A stretch of DNA of 64,000 nucleotides from Ilumatobacteraceae bacterium (GTDB taxonomy: Bacteria; Actinomycetota; Acidimicrobiia; Acidimicrobiales; Ilumatobacteraceae), in the NCBI GenBank assembly GCA_017859395.1, contig JAFMNE010000002.1, positions 18,804 through 82,803 on the forward strand, written 5' to 3'. Shown here piece after piece: positions 45,935 to 55,835 of this stretch. The notes below the pieces were generated by a model, which worked only from the letters and a program-made list of their open reading frames with translations, had not been told where the DNA came from and made no database searches. Made by a program: the position numbers and the translations under genes. The first letter of the stretch is position 1; every line of letters starts with the position of its first letter.

Positions 45935-46594
45935 ATGAATGTGACGATTGACGAATGGCGCGCGCCCGCGGCCGAATTGCATCAGCGCCGAGAGGCTGCG
46001 GCCGATGTAGAGATTGTCGTCATGGTTCCCGAGCGGCCAGCGATGGTCTTCGGTTCGGCACAGCGTGGGGCTGCCACGACGACGCCGCACGAGTGGCCAG
46101 AGGCCATCGACCGAGTCGTGCGCTCCTCGGGCGGTGGCGCGGTCTTTGTTGACCCCGCGCGTTCGGTGTGGATCGATCTATTCGTTTCTCGCCGCGTCGT
46201 TGCCATACCCGATGACGTGGTGACGTCGATGCTGACAGCAGGCCGGTGGTGGGCCGACGCTGTTGCGTCATGTGGGGTGTCGGGGGCGTGGGTCTACGAC
46301 GGCGCGATGATGCACGGTGCAACACCTGAGGTGTGTTTCTCGGGCCGTGGGCCTGGTGAGGTGATGGTGGGCGAGAACAAACTGGTGGGTCTATCCCAGC
46401 GTCGCACGCGTCATTCGGTTCGTATCCAGGGGCAGCTCCACGTGGTGGATCCCACCGATATCACTCACGGCATTCTCGGACTTGGTCCTGCCGGTGATGA
46501 TGAGCGCCCGGCCCTGTGGCCAGATGCGGGAGTCGATGCTGTTGCGCTGGGGCGCAGGGTCGCTGCGGCACTTGGCGCGATGGTCAGTTCCTGA
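45935..46594 (+). CDS. Biotin/lipoate A/B protein ligase family protein (short LplA-like)
   Basis: VRSSGGGAVFVDP (RRxSGGGAV-like) and GENKLVGLSQRR (catalytic Lys region). Confidence 0.6.
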   Translation: MNVTIDEWRAPAAELHQRREAAADVEIVVMVPERPAMVFGSAQRGAATTTPHEWPEAIDRVVRSSGGGAVFVDPARSVWIDLFVSRRVVAIPDDVVTSMLTAGRWWADAVASCGVSGAWVYDGAMMHGATPEVCFSGRGPGEVMVGENKLVGLSQRRTRHSVRIQGQLHVVDPTDITHGILGLGPAGDDERPALWPDAGVDAVALGRRVAAALGAMVSS

Positions 46595-46789
46595 GCGCGG
46601 CCGGTTGGCGGTGCACCGCGCTCGACGGTGGTTGGTCGGGTGCCGATGACCGGGTTCATGATCAGTTATGGCGCCCGTGTGCCTGCCGACATCCGGTCGT
46701 AGTGGCTGTGGCGGAGCATTGCGCGAGTTCCCGTCGTGTGCTCTGACGGCGTTGTCTGCGCAGTGGTTATCGCCTTCGCGCCGTCGCAA

Positions 46790-46834
46790 GATGGAGAGAG
46801 ATGGGGAAAATAGGGGGAGGATGGTTGACATTGG
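46790..46834 (+). promoter_or_regulatory. Array of five direct boxes with exact 10-bp phasing (GATGG, GATGG, ATAGG, GATGG, ATTGG), a candidate MraZ operator
   Basis: Boxes start at 46790, 46800, 46810, 46820 and 46830. The fourth and fifth flank or overlap the TTGACA -35 at 46825-46830. Confidence 0.45.
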
Positions 46835-46854
46835 TGGATCAGGACGGTGATACT
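46825..46854 (+). promoter_or_regulatory. Candidate dcw (Pmra) promoter TTGACA-N18-GATACT
   Basis: Consensus -35 at 46825-46830 and GATACT at 46849-46854 (or TGATAC with a 17-nt spacer). It is about 65 nt upstream of the mraZ GTG, which has a GGAAGGGGAG Shine-Dalgarno. Confidence 0.5.
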
Positions 46855-46921
46855 TAGTCCGCTATCGGAACCCGCGACCGGTGGCCGTTGAGGCGGAGCG
46901 GTGCAACAGGAAGGGGAGATC

Positions 46922-47362
46922 GTGTTCGTCGGGGTCTACGAACGCAGCGTCGACGACAACGGTCGACTTGCCCTTCCCGCGCCCTTCCGCGGTGAACTGG
47001 GCGACCGCTGCTACGCAACCCTCGACCCGCAGGGATGCGTTACGGTGCGCACCTCCGTCACCTTCGAGTCCGAAGCAGCCGAAATGATGGATGCGGTCAA
47101 GGACGGCCGCGCCTCATCGGCACAGCGACGGAATCTGGCCACCAGCACCATCGCCGTCTCGGTCGACAAACAGGGCCGCATCACCCTCGAGGACAAAGCC
47201 CGCCGTCACGCCGGCCTCGACAACGGCACCCAGGTGATGATCGTCGGGAACCTGACCACGCTGGAACTGTGGCGCCCCAGCCGCTACCGCACGATTGAAG
47301 CCGAGGACGAACTGGCGAGCGGTCCACGCGTCTGGGATGACCACGACGGCGGCGAGCGATGA
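46922..47362 (+). CDS. mraZ: Transcriptional regulator MraZ
   Basis: VFVGVYERSVDDNGRLALPAPFR and a second SpoVT/AbrB-like half VDKQGRITLEDKAR. GTG 46922 gives the canonical N-terminus. Confidence 0.9.
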   Translation: MFVGVYERSVDDNGRLALPAPFRGELGDRCYATLDPQGCVTVRTSVTFESEAAEMMDAVKDGRASSAQRRNLATSTIAVSVDKQGRITLEDKARRHAGLDNGTQVMIVGNLTTLELWRPSRYRTIEAEDELASGPRVWDDHDGGER

Positions 47363-48342
47363 CGGCCACGGCGTTCGATCATGATCCTGTGATGTGCGAT
47401 GAGATCGTCGCCGCGTTCGCCAACGTGCCCGCCGGAGTCATCGTCGATGCCACTCTCGGCGGTGGTGGCCATAGCGAAGCGTTGCTGCAATCGCGTCCAG
47501 ATGTTGACGTGATCGGCCTCGACCGCGACCCCGCAGCCATCAATGCCGCGTCGCAGCGCTTGGCCCCATTCGGTGACCGATTCGGGTGCGACCGCGTGAG
47601 TTTCGACTTGCTCGGTGATGTTCTGGACCGCCGCGGTATCAGCACCGTCAGCGCCGTGTTGTTCGACCTTGGCGTGTCCTCGCATCAACTCGACACGGCA
47701 GCCCGAGGCTTTTCGTACCGTGCCGCCGGTCCCATCGACATGCGCATGGATCCTGATAGCACTCGGAGCGCGGCTGACCTGATCGACCACGCCGCCGTCG
47801 ACGAACTCGCTGCGATTCTGCGGCGTAACGCCGACGAACGCTTCGCTCGCCGGATCGCTCAAGCAATCGTGGCCGCCCGGCCAATCGCCGACACCGCCGA
47901 ACTGGCCAGCATCATCGCGGCCGCGATCCCGGCTCCGGCCCGTCGCACCGGCGGGCATCCCGCGACCCGCACATTCCAGGCCTTGCGCATCGAGGTGAAC
48001 CGCGAACTCGAACAGCTCCCTGTCGCTCTCGATGCTGCGATCACCCGGCTCGCTCCATCCGGCCGGCTTGCGGTGCTGTCGTACCACTCCGGCGAAGACC
48101 GCATCGTCGCCTCGGTCATGCGCGACGGCACCGACCCGTGCACCTGCCCCACCGGGTACCCCTGCGTGTGTGGGGCCACTCCCACGTTGGCTCGGGTGCG
48201 CGATGTTCCCAAACGGCCCGGCGCCGCCGAATGTCATACGAACCCGCGGGCATCATCGGCGCGTCTTCGCGTTGTCGAGCGCACCGCTGCAACCAACGGC
48301 CAGATGGATGAGGGGGTGAGCGATGGCACTTGCCCTGCGTGA
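47359..48342 (+). CDS. rsmH: 16S rRNA (cytosine1402-N4)-methyltransferase
   Basis: HDPVM, VDATLGGGGHS, FDLGVSSHQLD, and SYHSGEDRIV (an SFHSLEDRIVK-like motif). Confidence 0.9.
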   Translation: MTATAFDHDPVMCDEIVAAFANVPAGVIVDATLGGGGHSEALLQSRPDVDVIGLDRDPAAINAASQRLAPFGDRFGCDRVSFDLLGDVLDRRGISTVSAVLFDLGVSSHQLDTAARGFSYRAAGPIDMRMDPDSTRSAADLIDHAAVDELAAILRRNADERFARRIAQAIVAARPIADTAELASIIAAAIPAPARRTGGHPATRTFQALRIEVNRELEQLPVALDAAITRLAPSGRLAVLSYHSGEDRIVASVMRDGTDPCTCPTGYPCVCGATPTLARVRDVPKRPGAAECHTNPRASSARLRVVERTAATNGQMDEGVSDGTCPA

Positions 48343-48787
48343 CCTCGCCCCTCGTCGTCGCTCCTCCACACCACCGACCCTCGTCGTGCTGCAGGGGCGC
48401 CGCCGGCGCATTACTCGTATGTCGGTCACCGTGGTCGGTGTCATCATCGTCGGTCTGGCGGTGCTTGGCGTGTTGCACACCCAGATCGCCGAGCGTCAGT
48501 GGCAGATTGATCAACTCGAACGGTCGATCTCCACCGCTCACGAGGACTTCGACACCTTGCGCGCGCTGCGCGCCGAGTTGCGCTCTCCCGAACGGCTCAA
48601 CACCGCAGCACGAGCGCTCGGCATGCGACCAGCGACAGCGTCGAACTTCATCCCCATCGACCCGCAGGTCCTCGCAACAACCATTGCCCAAACAGCAATG
48701 TCGCCCGAGCGCAGTGCCGAACCAGAACAGTTGGCCCCCATCGACCAGTTCCGACTCGTGAAGGTCATTGAGGGGCGGCGCCCATGA
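48323..48787 (+). CDS. ftsL: Cell division protein FtsL-like (septum formation initiator)
   Basis: Position between rsmH and ftsI. Basic tail, a single TM segment (VTVVGVIIVGLAVLGVL), then a coiled-coil segment. The start is uncertain (48323 or 48419). Confidence 0.6.
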   Translation: MALALRDLAPRRRSSTPPTLVVLQGRRRRITRMSVTVVGVIIVGLAVLGVLHTQIAERQWQIDQLERSISTAHEDFDTLRALRAELRSPERLNTAARALGMRPATASNFIPIDPQVLATTIAQTAMSPERSAEPEQLAPIDQFRLVKVIEGRRP

Positions 48788-48806
48788 TCATGAACGGATC
48801 CTGCCG

Positions 48807-50738
48807 ATGAGTCGCCGCCCAGATCACACCCGTCGCGACGCGCGCCGCGCGAACACCCCACGCCGGGTGCACGGCACAGGCCACTCCGCCCAACGCAACG
48901 CATCTGCGACACCGCGATCACGGGGGCCTCGCCGGCCTGACGCATCGCGTGTCTCGCCGCAGCGGCGGCTTCGCAGCGTTCGTCGAGAGAGCGCAACATC
49001 ACGTTTCGCTATCGCCGATCACCGGCGTCGGCTGCGCGTCATGATCGGTGTGATCATCGGCCTCCTGACGCTGCTCGGCATTCGCGTGGTCGACATCCAA
49101 ACCGGTGACGGTGATCAGTACCGGGTTGCGGCTGCAGACCAATGGACGCGATCGGCTGTGATCCCCGCCGACCGCGGGACGATCTTTGATCGCAACGGGG
49201 AAGAATTGGCCGTGTCGATTCCGTCGGCCACGGTGTCGATCAACCCCAAGCTCATCGAGGACCCTGCAGCAACATTGTCGGTCCTGACGTCGGTGCTTGG
49301 GCTCGACGTTGATGAACAGCAACGCCTCTTCGCCGAGATGGAAACCAAAGATCGCGGATTCGTGTACGTGCGCCGGCAGGTTGATGCCGCGGTCGGTGCG
49401 CAACTCGCGGAACTTCGGCTGAGCGGCGTGAATATCGATGATGAATCGCGCCGCGTCCTGCCCGGTGGCGATACCGGCCGCTCGGTCATCGGGCTCACCG
49501 ACATCGACGGTGTAGGGATCGCCGGGCTCGAGCTGGGGTATGACCAACTCCTCACCGGCGCATCTGGTTCGATGACCCGAGAGGTGGCACCGGGTGGACG
49601 CTCAATCCCCGGCACCGAGACCGTGACCGCGGATGCATCGCCGGGCAATGACTTGGTGCTGACCCTTGACCGGTCAGTGCAGTTCGCCTGTGAAGACGCC
49701 CTCGTCACTCAGGTGAGCGCCATCGGGGCGAAGGCCGGCACCTGCATCGTGATGGAGGCCAACACCGGCGATTTGTTCGCCATGGCGTCGGTGAAACGCA
49801 ATGCGACATCCGGAGAGGTGGAGATCACCTCTGGCAATCACGCCGCGGTCGACGTCTACGAACCGGGGTCGGTGGCCAAGGTCATCACCGTGGCTGCTGG
49901 TCTCGATAGTGGGGTTGTGGGCCCCGACACCACATTCGTCGTGCCGTGGCGCCGCGAATACGGCGAGGACATGCTGGAGGATTCTCATCAACACCCCGAC
50001 GAGGAAATGACGGTGCGCCAGATCCTCGTCGAATCGTCGAATATCGGCACGATCGACATCCAGACGGCCACCGGTCGTCCTCGTCACTGGGAGTACATGC
50101 GGCTGTTCGGCCTCGGCGAGACAAGTGCGCTGGATTTCCCGGGCGAGTCCGCTGGCATCTTGAAACACTGGAGTGACCTGCAGGGCTCAGAACAGGTCAC
50201 CGTGAGCTACGGCCAAGGTATGGCGTCGACGCCGGTGCAATTGGTCAGCGCGGTCAACGTCATCGCCAACGACGGTTTGTATGTGGCCCCACGTCTGGTG
50301 CGCGGAGTGGTCGACACGGTCGGTGCAGTGACCGCCACCGAACCATCTGCCACACACCGCGTTGTGAGCCCACTCAGCGCGGAAGTCATGCGCGACATCA
50401 TGGTGGACGTCGTCTGCGCCGGGACCGCGACCCGTGCCCAGGTGTCGTCGTTCAACGTCGCCGGCAAGACCGGCACTGGTCTGAAGGCGCAGGAGAACGG
50501 CACCTATGAAGACGAGTTCGGTCAGCGGTCGTACTACGCGAGCTTTGTCGGGTTCTTCCCAGCCGAAGACCCCCAGTTCACCGTCTTGATCAGTATCGAT
50601 GAGCCACCGGCGGGCACGATCAACCGTTTTGGTGGCACCGCTGCAGCACCGGTGTTCGCCCGACTGGTTCCCACGATCGCCCACGAGGTCGGCATCCAGC
50701 CACCGGACACGCCACCCGCGTGTGGGGTGGGTTCATGA
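48807..50738 (+). CDS. ftsI: Class B penicillin-binding protein (FtsI/PBP3-like)
   Basis: Arg-rich cytoplasmic tail, a TM segment, a PBP dimerisation domain, then GSVAK (SxxK), SSN and KTGT motifs. An upstream TTG at 48768 is also possible. Confidence 0.85.
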   Translation: MSRRPDHTRRDARRANTPRRVHGTGHSAQRNASATPRSRGPRRPDASRVSPQRRLRSVRRESATSRFAIADHRRRLRVMIGVIIGLLTLLGIRVVDIQTGDGDQYRVAAADQWTRSAVIPADRGTIFDRNGEELAVSIPSATVSINPKLIEDPAATLSVLTSVLGLDVDEQQRLFAEMETKDRGFVYVRRQVDAAVGAQLAELRLSGVNIDDESRRVLPGGDTGRSVIGLTDIDGVGIAGLELGYDQLLTGASGSMTREVAPGGRSIPGTETVTADASPGNDLVLTLDRSVQFACEDALVTQVSAIGAKAGTCIVMEANTGDLFAMASVKRNATSGEVEITSGNHAAVDVYEPGSVAKVITVAAGLDSGVVGPDTTFVVPWRREYGEDMLEDSHQHPDEEMTVRQILVESSNIGTIDIQTATGRPRHWEYMRLFGLGETSALDFPGESAGILKHWSDLQGSEQVTVSYGQGMASTPVQLVSAVNVIANDGLYVAPRLVRGVVDTVGAVTATEPSATHRVVSPLSAEVMRDIMVDVVCAGTATRAQVSSFNVAGKTGTGLKAQENGTYEDEFGQRSYYASFVGFFPAEDPQFTVLISIDEPPAGTINRFGGTAAAPVFARLVPTIAHEVGIQPPDTPPACGVGS

Positions 50739-52192
50739 TGCCGTCGGTGGGAATCCGCGTCGGCGCGATCGTCGAGCGCCTCGTTACCCAAGGAATCGAT
50801 GCCCATGTGCATGGCGATGGGGGAGTGGTCGTTGCCGACATGTCGCATAGTGCCGACAATGTGCCCCCCGCTGCCTTGCACGCCTGCATTGTCGGCCGCC
50901 GTTTCGATGGACACGATTTCGCGGCGCAGGCCATCGCGGCAGGGGCCGCGGCGCTGCTCGTCGAACGGCTCCTCGACGGCATCGACCGCCCGCAGGTCGT
51001 GGTGCCCGATGTTCGTGCCGCCATCGGCCCGACGGCCTCGATGGTGTTTGATGATCCATCGGCACACCTAGACGTCATCGGGATCACCGGCACCAACGGC
51101 AAGACCACAACCGCGGCGATGGTCGACGCCATCATGACCAGCGCAGGTCGGACCTGCATGGTGATGGGAACCCTGAGCGGCGGGCATACGACCCCCGAAG
51201 CACCCGAGTTGCATCGCCGTCTTGCAGCTGGTCGTGCCGACGGCGTCGACACGGTCATCATGGAGGTGTCGTCTCATGCCCTGGTGGAGGGACGAGTCCG
51301 CGGAGTGGACTTCGACGTCGTCGCATTCACCAACCTCGGGCGCGATCACCTCGACCTGCACGGGACGCAGGAGGAGTACTTTCGCGCGAAGAGCTTGCTC
51401 TTCACCGATTATGGCGCTCCACACGCCGTGATCTGCGTGGATGATCGACACGGGCGCCTGCTTGCCGACACTCTGGCCGACCGGGCTGAGGTGGAAGTTC
51501 TCACCGTTGACGCCGCGACAATGCCGGTGCGATCCATTGGACCCGACATCGTCACGATGTGTATCGACGGGGTCTCAGTCGCTTTGAGCCCTACCGGGTA
51601 TCACAACGCAGCAAATGCTCGAGTTGCGGTGGGTATCGCGCGCTGTATGGGAATCGACACGGCCTCCGCGGCACGTGGCCTCGCCACGATGGGCACGGTC
51701 GCCGGGCGCATGGAGCGCATCGATGGGCCCTCCGATGACCTGGCTGTGGTCGTCGACTACGCCCATACCCCCGACGCATTGGCGGCGGTGCTCGACGCGG
51801 TGCGTCATATGACGTCGGCGCGGGTTCATCTGGTGTTCGGCTGTGGCGGTGAACGCGACCGCGACAAACGCCCGGAGATGGGCCGGGTGGCCGCGGCCGC
51901 TGATGTGGTGGTTGTGACCTCTGATAACCCGCGTAGCGAGGACCCTGACGCAATTATTGATGAGGTCATGGCCGGAGTTGAGGCTGCAAAGACCTCTGAC
52001 GTACGCCCGGTCGTCACACGTCGCATCACCGACCGGGTATCGGCAATCCGCCGCACTATCGCCGATGCCGATGCCGGCGATGTGGTTCTCATCGCGGGTC
52101 GAGGACATGAACAGATCCAATCCACCGCCGACGGTGAGATCGACCTCGACGACCGCGACGAAGCACGCCAGGCGATGGAGGCCCGCCGATGA
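50735..52192 (+). CDS. murE: UDP-N-acetylmuramoyl-L-alanyl-D-glutamate--2,6-diaminopimelate ligase
   Basis: GITGTNGKTTT P-loop and TSDNPRSEDP (DNPR motif). Its ATG overlaps the ftsI stop. Confidence 0.9.
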   Translation: MMPSVGIRVGAIVERLVTQGIDAHVHGDGGVVVADMSHSADNVPPAALHACIVGRRFDGHDFAAQAIAAGAAALLVERLLDGIDRPQVVVPDVRAAIGPTASMVFDDPSAHLDVIGITGTNGKTTTAAMVDAIMTSAGRTCMVMGTLSGGHTTPEAPELHRRLAAGRADGVDTVIMEVSSHALVEGRVRGVDFDVVAFTNLGRDHLDLHGTQEEYFRAKSLLFTDYGAPHAVICVDDRHGRLLADTLADRAEVEVLTVDAATMPVRSIGPDIVTMCIDGVSVALSPTGYHNAANARVAVGIARCMGIDTASAARGLATMGTVAGRMERIDGPSDDLAVVVDYAHTPDALAAVLDAVRHMTSARVHLVFGCGGERDRDKRPEMGRVAAAADVVVVTSDNPRSEDPDAIIDEVMAGVEAAKTSDVRPVVTRRITDRVSAIRRTIADADAGDVVLIAGRGHEQIQSTADGEIDLDDRDEARQAMEARR

Positions 52193-53232
52193 TCGCGGTC
52201 ATGATCGCTGGTGCCGTTGCAGCACTCGTGTCGCTCATCGGCACCAGGTTCCTCATCGGGTACTTCGCGCGTCGGGGTCGCGGTCAGCCGATCCTCGGAG
52301 CCGAGGACCATGGCCCGGTGCACCATATGGGCAAGCAGGGAACGCCAACGATGGGCGGAATCGCCATCGTTGTCGCGGCGTTTGTGGGGTGGTTAGTCGC
52401 TCACGTGCGGTCCATTGCCTTCAGCGATCAGGCCCTCATCGTGTGGGTCGGGATCGCCGGAATGGCGACGATGGGCTTTCTCGACGACTGGATCAAAGTT
52501 CGCAAACGGCACAACCGGGGCATCTTCTGGAAGCAGAAGAACTACATCACCATGGCGTTCTCGTTGCTGATCGGGTGGTGGTTGGTGTCGGCAACCGGCA
52601 TTGCAGAAACCATCAGTCTCACCCGAGCCGATGATCTAGGAATTGACCTGCCCACACCGGTGTGGGTGCTGTGGGCCGGGATCATTGTGTGGGCAACAAC
52701 GAACGCGGTCAACGTCACCGACGGCCTCGACGGGTTGGCCGGTGGATCGGCGCTGATGGGCTTTGGCGCATTCACCATCATTGGGTATTGGGTGTTCCGG
52801 AACCCAGATCTGTATCAGGTCGTGAACCCGCTCGATATGGGTGTACTGGCCGCAGCATTCGCCGGAGCCTGTCTCGGATTTTTGTGGTGGAACGCCGCGC
52901 CCGCTCGCATCTTCATGGGCGATGTTGGAGCTTTGGCGATCGGGTCAGCCCTCGCGTTCTGCGCGCTGACACTCAATACCCACCTGTTGCTCATCTTGAT
53001 CTGTGGCATCAACGTGGTTGAGGCCGGCTCAGTGGCCATCCAGATGGGCGTGTTCAAAGCATCGGGCCGGCGTCGGCGTCTCTTCAAAATGTCGCCCATT
53101 CACCATCACTTCGAGTTATCGGGCTGGCCTGAGACAACGGTGATCATTCGGTTCTGGCTGCTGGCAGCGGTGTTCGTGGCCCTCGCGCTGGGAGTCTTCA
53201 TCGGCGATTTCACATCGATCGTGAGCGACTGA
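52189..53232 (+). CDS. mraY: Phospho-N-acetylmuramoyl-pentapeptide transferase
   Basis: GTPTMGG, NAVNVTDGLDGLA and PIHHHFEL motifs with about 10 TM segments. Confidence 0.95.
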   Translation: MIAVMIAGAVAALVSLIGTRFLIGYFARRGRGQPILGAEDHGPVHHMGKQGTPTMGGIAIVVAAFVGWLVAHVRSIAFSDQALIVWVGIAGMATMGFLDDWIKVRKRHNRGIFWKQKNYITMAFSLLIGWWLVSATGIAETISLTRADDLGIDLPTPVWVLWAGIIVWATTNAVNVTDGLDGLAGGSALMGFGAFTIIGYWVFRNPDLYQVVNPLDMGVLAAAFAGACLGFLWWNAAPARIFMGDVGALAIGSALAFCALTLNTHLLLILICGINVVEAGSVAIQMGVFKASGRRRRLFKMSPIHHHFELSGWPETTVIIRFWLLAAVFVALALGVFIGDFTSIVSD

Positions 53233-53233
53233 G

Positions 53234-54589
53234 ATGCGCTCGCACGTTCACGGCTTGGGGATTGCGGGTGCGGCAACGGTGCGTGCCTTACGCCGACTCG
53301 GCCACATCGTCACCGTGACCGATGACGTCGTCGATGACAGCCGCCGCGCCCTCGCCGAGTCGCTCGGTTGCGGGTTGTCGATTCCGGCCAATGACCTTGG
53401 TGCCCTCCTCGATGGGGTCGACATGATGTTCCCCGCGCCCGGCGTGCCACGTGACCATCCGATGATCTGTGCGGCTCGAGCGCGTGACATTCAGGTCATG
53501 AGTGAGATCGAACTGGCCTATCGCATCGAACAGGATCGCCCCGGTGGGCCACGAGCGATGGTGGCGGTCACCGGCACCGATGGCAAAACCACGACGGTCG
53601 CCATGGTCGCTGAGATTTTGCGGGCAGCTGGGCGTCGCCCCGTTGAATGCGGCAACACCGATGTCCCAATGGTCGATGCGACCGAGATGGACGTTGATGC
53701 CTATGTGATCGAGTGCAGCAGCTTCAGGCTGCAGTGGTGCGAGCAGTTCCGCGCCGACGCGGCCATCTGGTTGAATCTCGCCGCGGATCATCTGGACTGG
53801 CACGGCGACATCGACGACTATGCCGCTGCCAAGGCACGTATCTGGAGCGCTCAACGCTCAGATGATGTGGCCGTCGGGGTGATGGGCGACCCGGTGGTGG
53901 TACAGCATCTGGGAAACGTGTCGGCACGGGCGGTAGGAGTCGGCGATGGCGGCACCTACCAAGTGGTCGACGGGCTGCTACAGGGTCCAGACGGCCTAAT
54001 CATGGCTGTGACAGATCTTCCACGAGCGTTACCGCACGACCTTACCAATGCGCTTGCTGCTGCTGCGGCGTGTATCGAGTCTGGCCTTGCCACCTCCGCA
54101 GACGTCGCATCTGGATTAGGCCGATTCACCCATCCACCTCATCGGATTTCACACGTCGGCACTCTCGATGGCGTTGCCTTTGTCGATGATTCCAAGGCCA
54201 CTACCCCTCATGCCGCGGTCACTGCTGTGCGTGCCTTCGAACGCGTCGTGTTGATCGCTGGCGGGCGCAACAAAGGTGTTGACCTGTTGCCCTTGGCCAG
54301 TGCAATTGATCGATTGCGCGGTGTGGTTGCGATTGGCGAGGCGGCAGACGACGTTCTCGGAGTATTCGGCGCAGCGGTGCCGACACGGGGTGCCGCATCG
54401 ATGGAAGAAGCGGTCGCTGCTGCTGTCGACATGGCCGCAGCGGGTGACACGGTGTTGCTGTCACCGGCCTGCGCCAGTTTCGACTGGTACCCGACGGGCG
54501 GTTACGCCGCACGCGGAGATCATTTCAGTCGTGTCGTTCGTTCGATGATCGAGCGATCCGCATCGGTTCCACACGGGGGAGGGGTCTGA
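53234..54589 (+). CDS. murD: UDP-N-acetylmuramoylalanine--D-glutamate ligase
   Basis: VTGTDGKTTT P-loop, DDSKATTPHA, and position after mraY. Confidence 0.9.
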   Translation: MRSHVHGLGIAGAATVRALRRLGHIVTVTDDVVDDSRRALAESLGCGLSIPANDLGALLDGVDMMFPAPGVPRDHPMICAARARDIQVMSEIELAYRIEQDRPGGPRAMVAVTGTDGKTTTVAMVAEILRAAGRRPVECGNTDVPMVDATEMDVDAYVIECSSFRLQWCEQFRADAAIWLNLAADHLDWHGDIDDYAAAKARIWSAQRSDDVAVGVMGDPVVVQHLGNVSARAVGVGDGGTYQVVDGLLQGPDGLIMAVTDLPRALPHDLTNALAAAAACIESGLATSADVASGLGRFTHPPHRISHVGTLDGVAFVDDSKATTPHAAVTAVRAFERVVLIAGGRNKGVDLLPLASAIDRLRGVVAIGEAADDVLGVFGAAVPTRGAASMEEAVAAAVDMAAAGDTVLLSPACASFDWYPTGGYAARGDHFSRVVRSMIERSASVPHGGGV

Positions 54590-54590
54590 T

Positions 54591-55835
54591 ATGGCCGCGA
54601 TCATCGGCGACAGAGCATCGATCGAGCAGCGGCGGCGAGTCGCCGCCGAACAGGCGCAGCGCCAACCCGTTCGCCGCCGTCACCGTCGCCGGCGTCGTGG
54701 AATCTCAGAACTCTTTGGTCGCGAGGAGCGCCTTGGTCCGCCGCCAGCCACCTATTACGCGCTCGGGGTGGTGGCGCTCACCGGTGTGCTCCTTGGGCTG
54801 GTCATGTTGTTGTCCGCCTCCGGGCCGGCGCGTGTGGTGCGCGATTCGAACCCGTACTCGATGGTGCTCATGCAGGCACTGTGGGCGTTGTTCGGTCTGG
54901 CGATCGCGGCAGTGGTGTTAACGGTGCCCTATCGCACGTGGCGCTCGGGCAGTTCATTTCTTGCGGTCGTCGGGTTCGTGCTGATGTTGCTGCCGTTCAC
55001 GCCTGGGCTGGGAAAGGAAGTGAACGATGCACGGTCATGGATCGACATCGGCGGCTTTAGCTTCCAACCGTCTGAGCCAATGAAGCTCATCTTGATCGTC
55101 CTCGTCGCTGCCATGTTGGATCGCCGACATAAAGAGGCCAACAACTTCCGTCGCACGGTGCTGCCCTTGATCATTGTCTTCGTCGTCACCGGAGTGCTTC
55201 TTCTCCTGCAGGGTGACTTTGGCTCCCTGCTCGTGATCCTCGCGGTGTTGGCTGCCATGGCGTTTATGGCCGGCGTGCCGCTCGTGCACCTTCTCGTTCC
55301 CATCGTCGGTGCTGGTGCCTTCTTCTGGCTTCTCGTGCTCACATCGCCGCGGCGGATGGGCCGGTTCACAGCCTTCTTGGACATCGAGGGCAATAAAGAT
55401 CTCCTCTCCTATCAGCCGTGGCAGGGCCTGCTCAGCATCGCCAACGGTGGACTGTTCGGATCGGGTATCGGCGGCAGCATCTCGAAATTGGGCTACCTGC
55501 CTCTGGCGCACAGCGACTTCATTTTCGCCGTCATTGCCGACGAGCTGGGCCTGGTGGGAGTCGTGGCTGTTCTCGGAGTGTTCGCTTTGTTCTGCTGGTG
55601 TGGTGTGCAGGCCTCCCTCGCGGCGCCCGACCGATTTGGCATGTTGTTGGCCGGGGGAATTTCCGCCTGGTTCGGTGTGCAGGCCATGGTCAACATCGGT
55701 GGTGTGGTCGGACGGTTGCCGGTCACTGGGCTCACACTGCCGTTCTTCTCGCATGGCGGCACGTCGATGGCGGTGTCGATCATCGCTGCGGGTCTGTTGA
55801 TGAACGTTGCGCGCAGGGGTGTTGGCGAACGATGA
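54591..55835 (+). CDS. ftsW: SEDS-family peptidoglycan polymerase FtsW
   Basis: FQPSEPMKL, HSDFIFAVIADELG and LPFFSHGGTSM motifs with about 10 TM segments. Confidence 0.9.
   Translation: MAAIIGDRASIEQRRRVAAEQAQRQPVRRRHRRRRRGISELFGREERLGPPPATYYALGVVALTGVLLGLVMLLSASGPARVVRDSNPYSMVLMQALWALFGLAIAAVVLTVPYRTWRSGSSFLAVVGFVLMLLPFTPGLGKEVNDARSWIDIGGFSFQPSEPMKLILIVLVAAMLDRRHKEANNFRRTVLPLIIVFVVTGVLLLLQGDFGSLLVILAVLAAMAFMAGVPLVHLLVPIVGAGAFFWLLVLTSPRRMGRFTAFLDIEGNKDLLSYQPWQGLLSIANGGLFGSGIGGSISKLGYLPLAHSDFIFAVIADELGLVGVVAVLGVFALFCWCGVQASLAAPDRFGMLLAGGISAWFGVQAMVNIGGVVGRLPVTGLTLPFFSHGGTSMAVSIIAAGLLMNVARRGVGER

Noticed and set aside
46593-46623. Hairpin GAGCGCGG-N15-CCGCGCTC overlapping the stop of the lipoate-ligase-like gene, considered as a terminator.
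   Set aside because: The stem is short, the loop is large (15 nt) and there is no U-tract. It is plausible but too weak to call as a feature.
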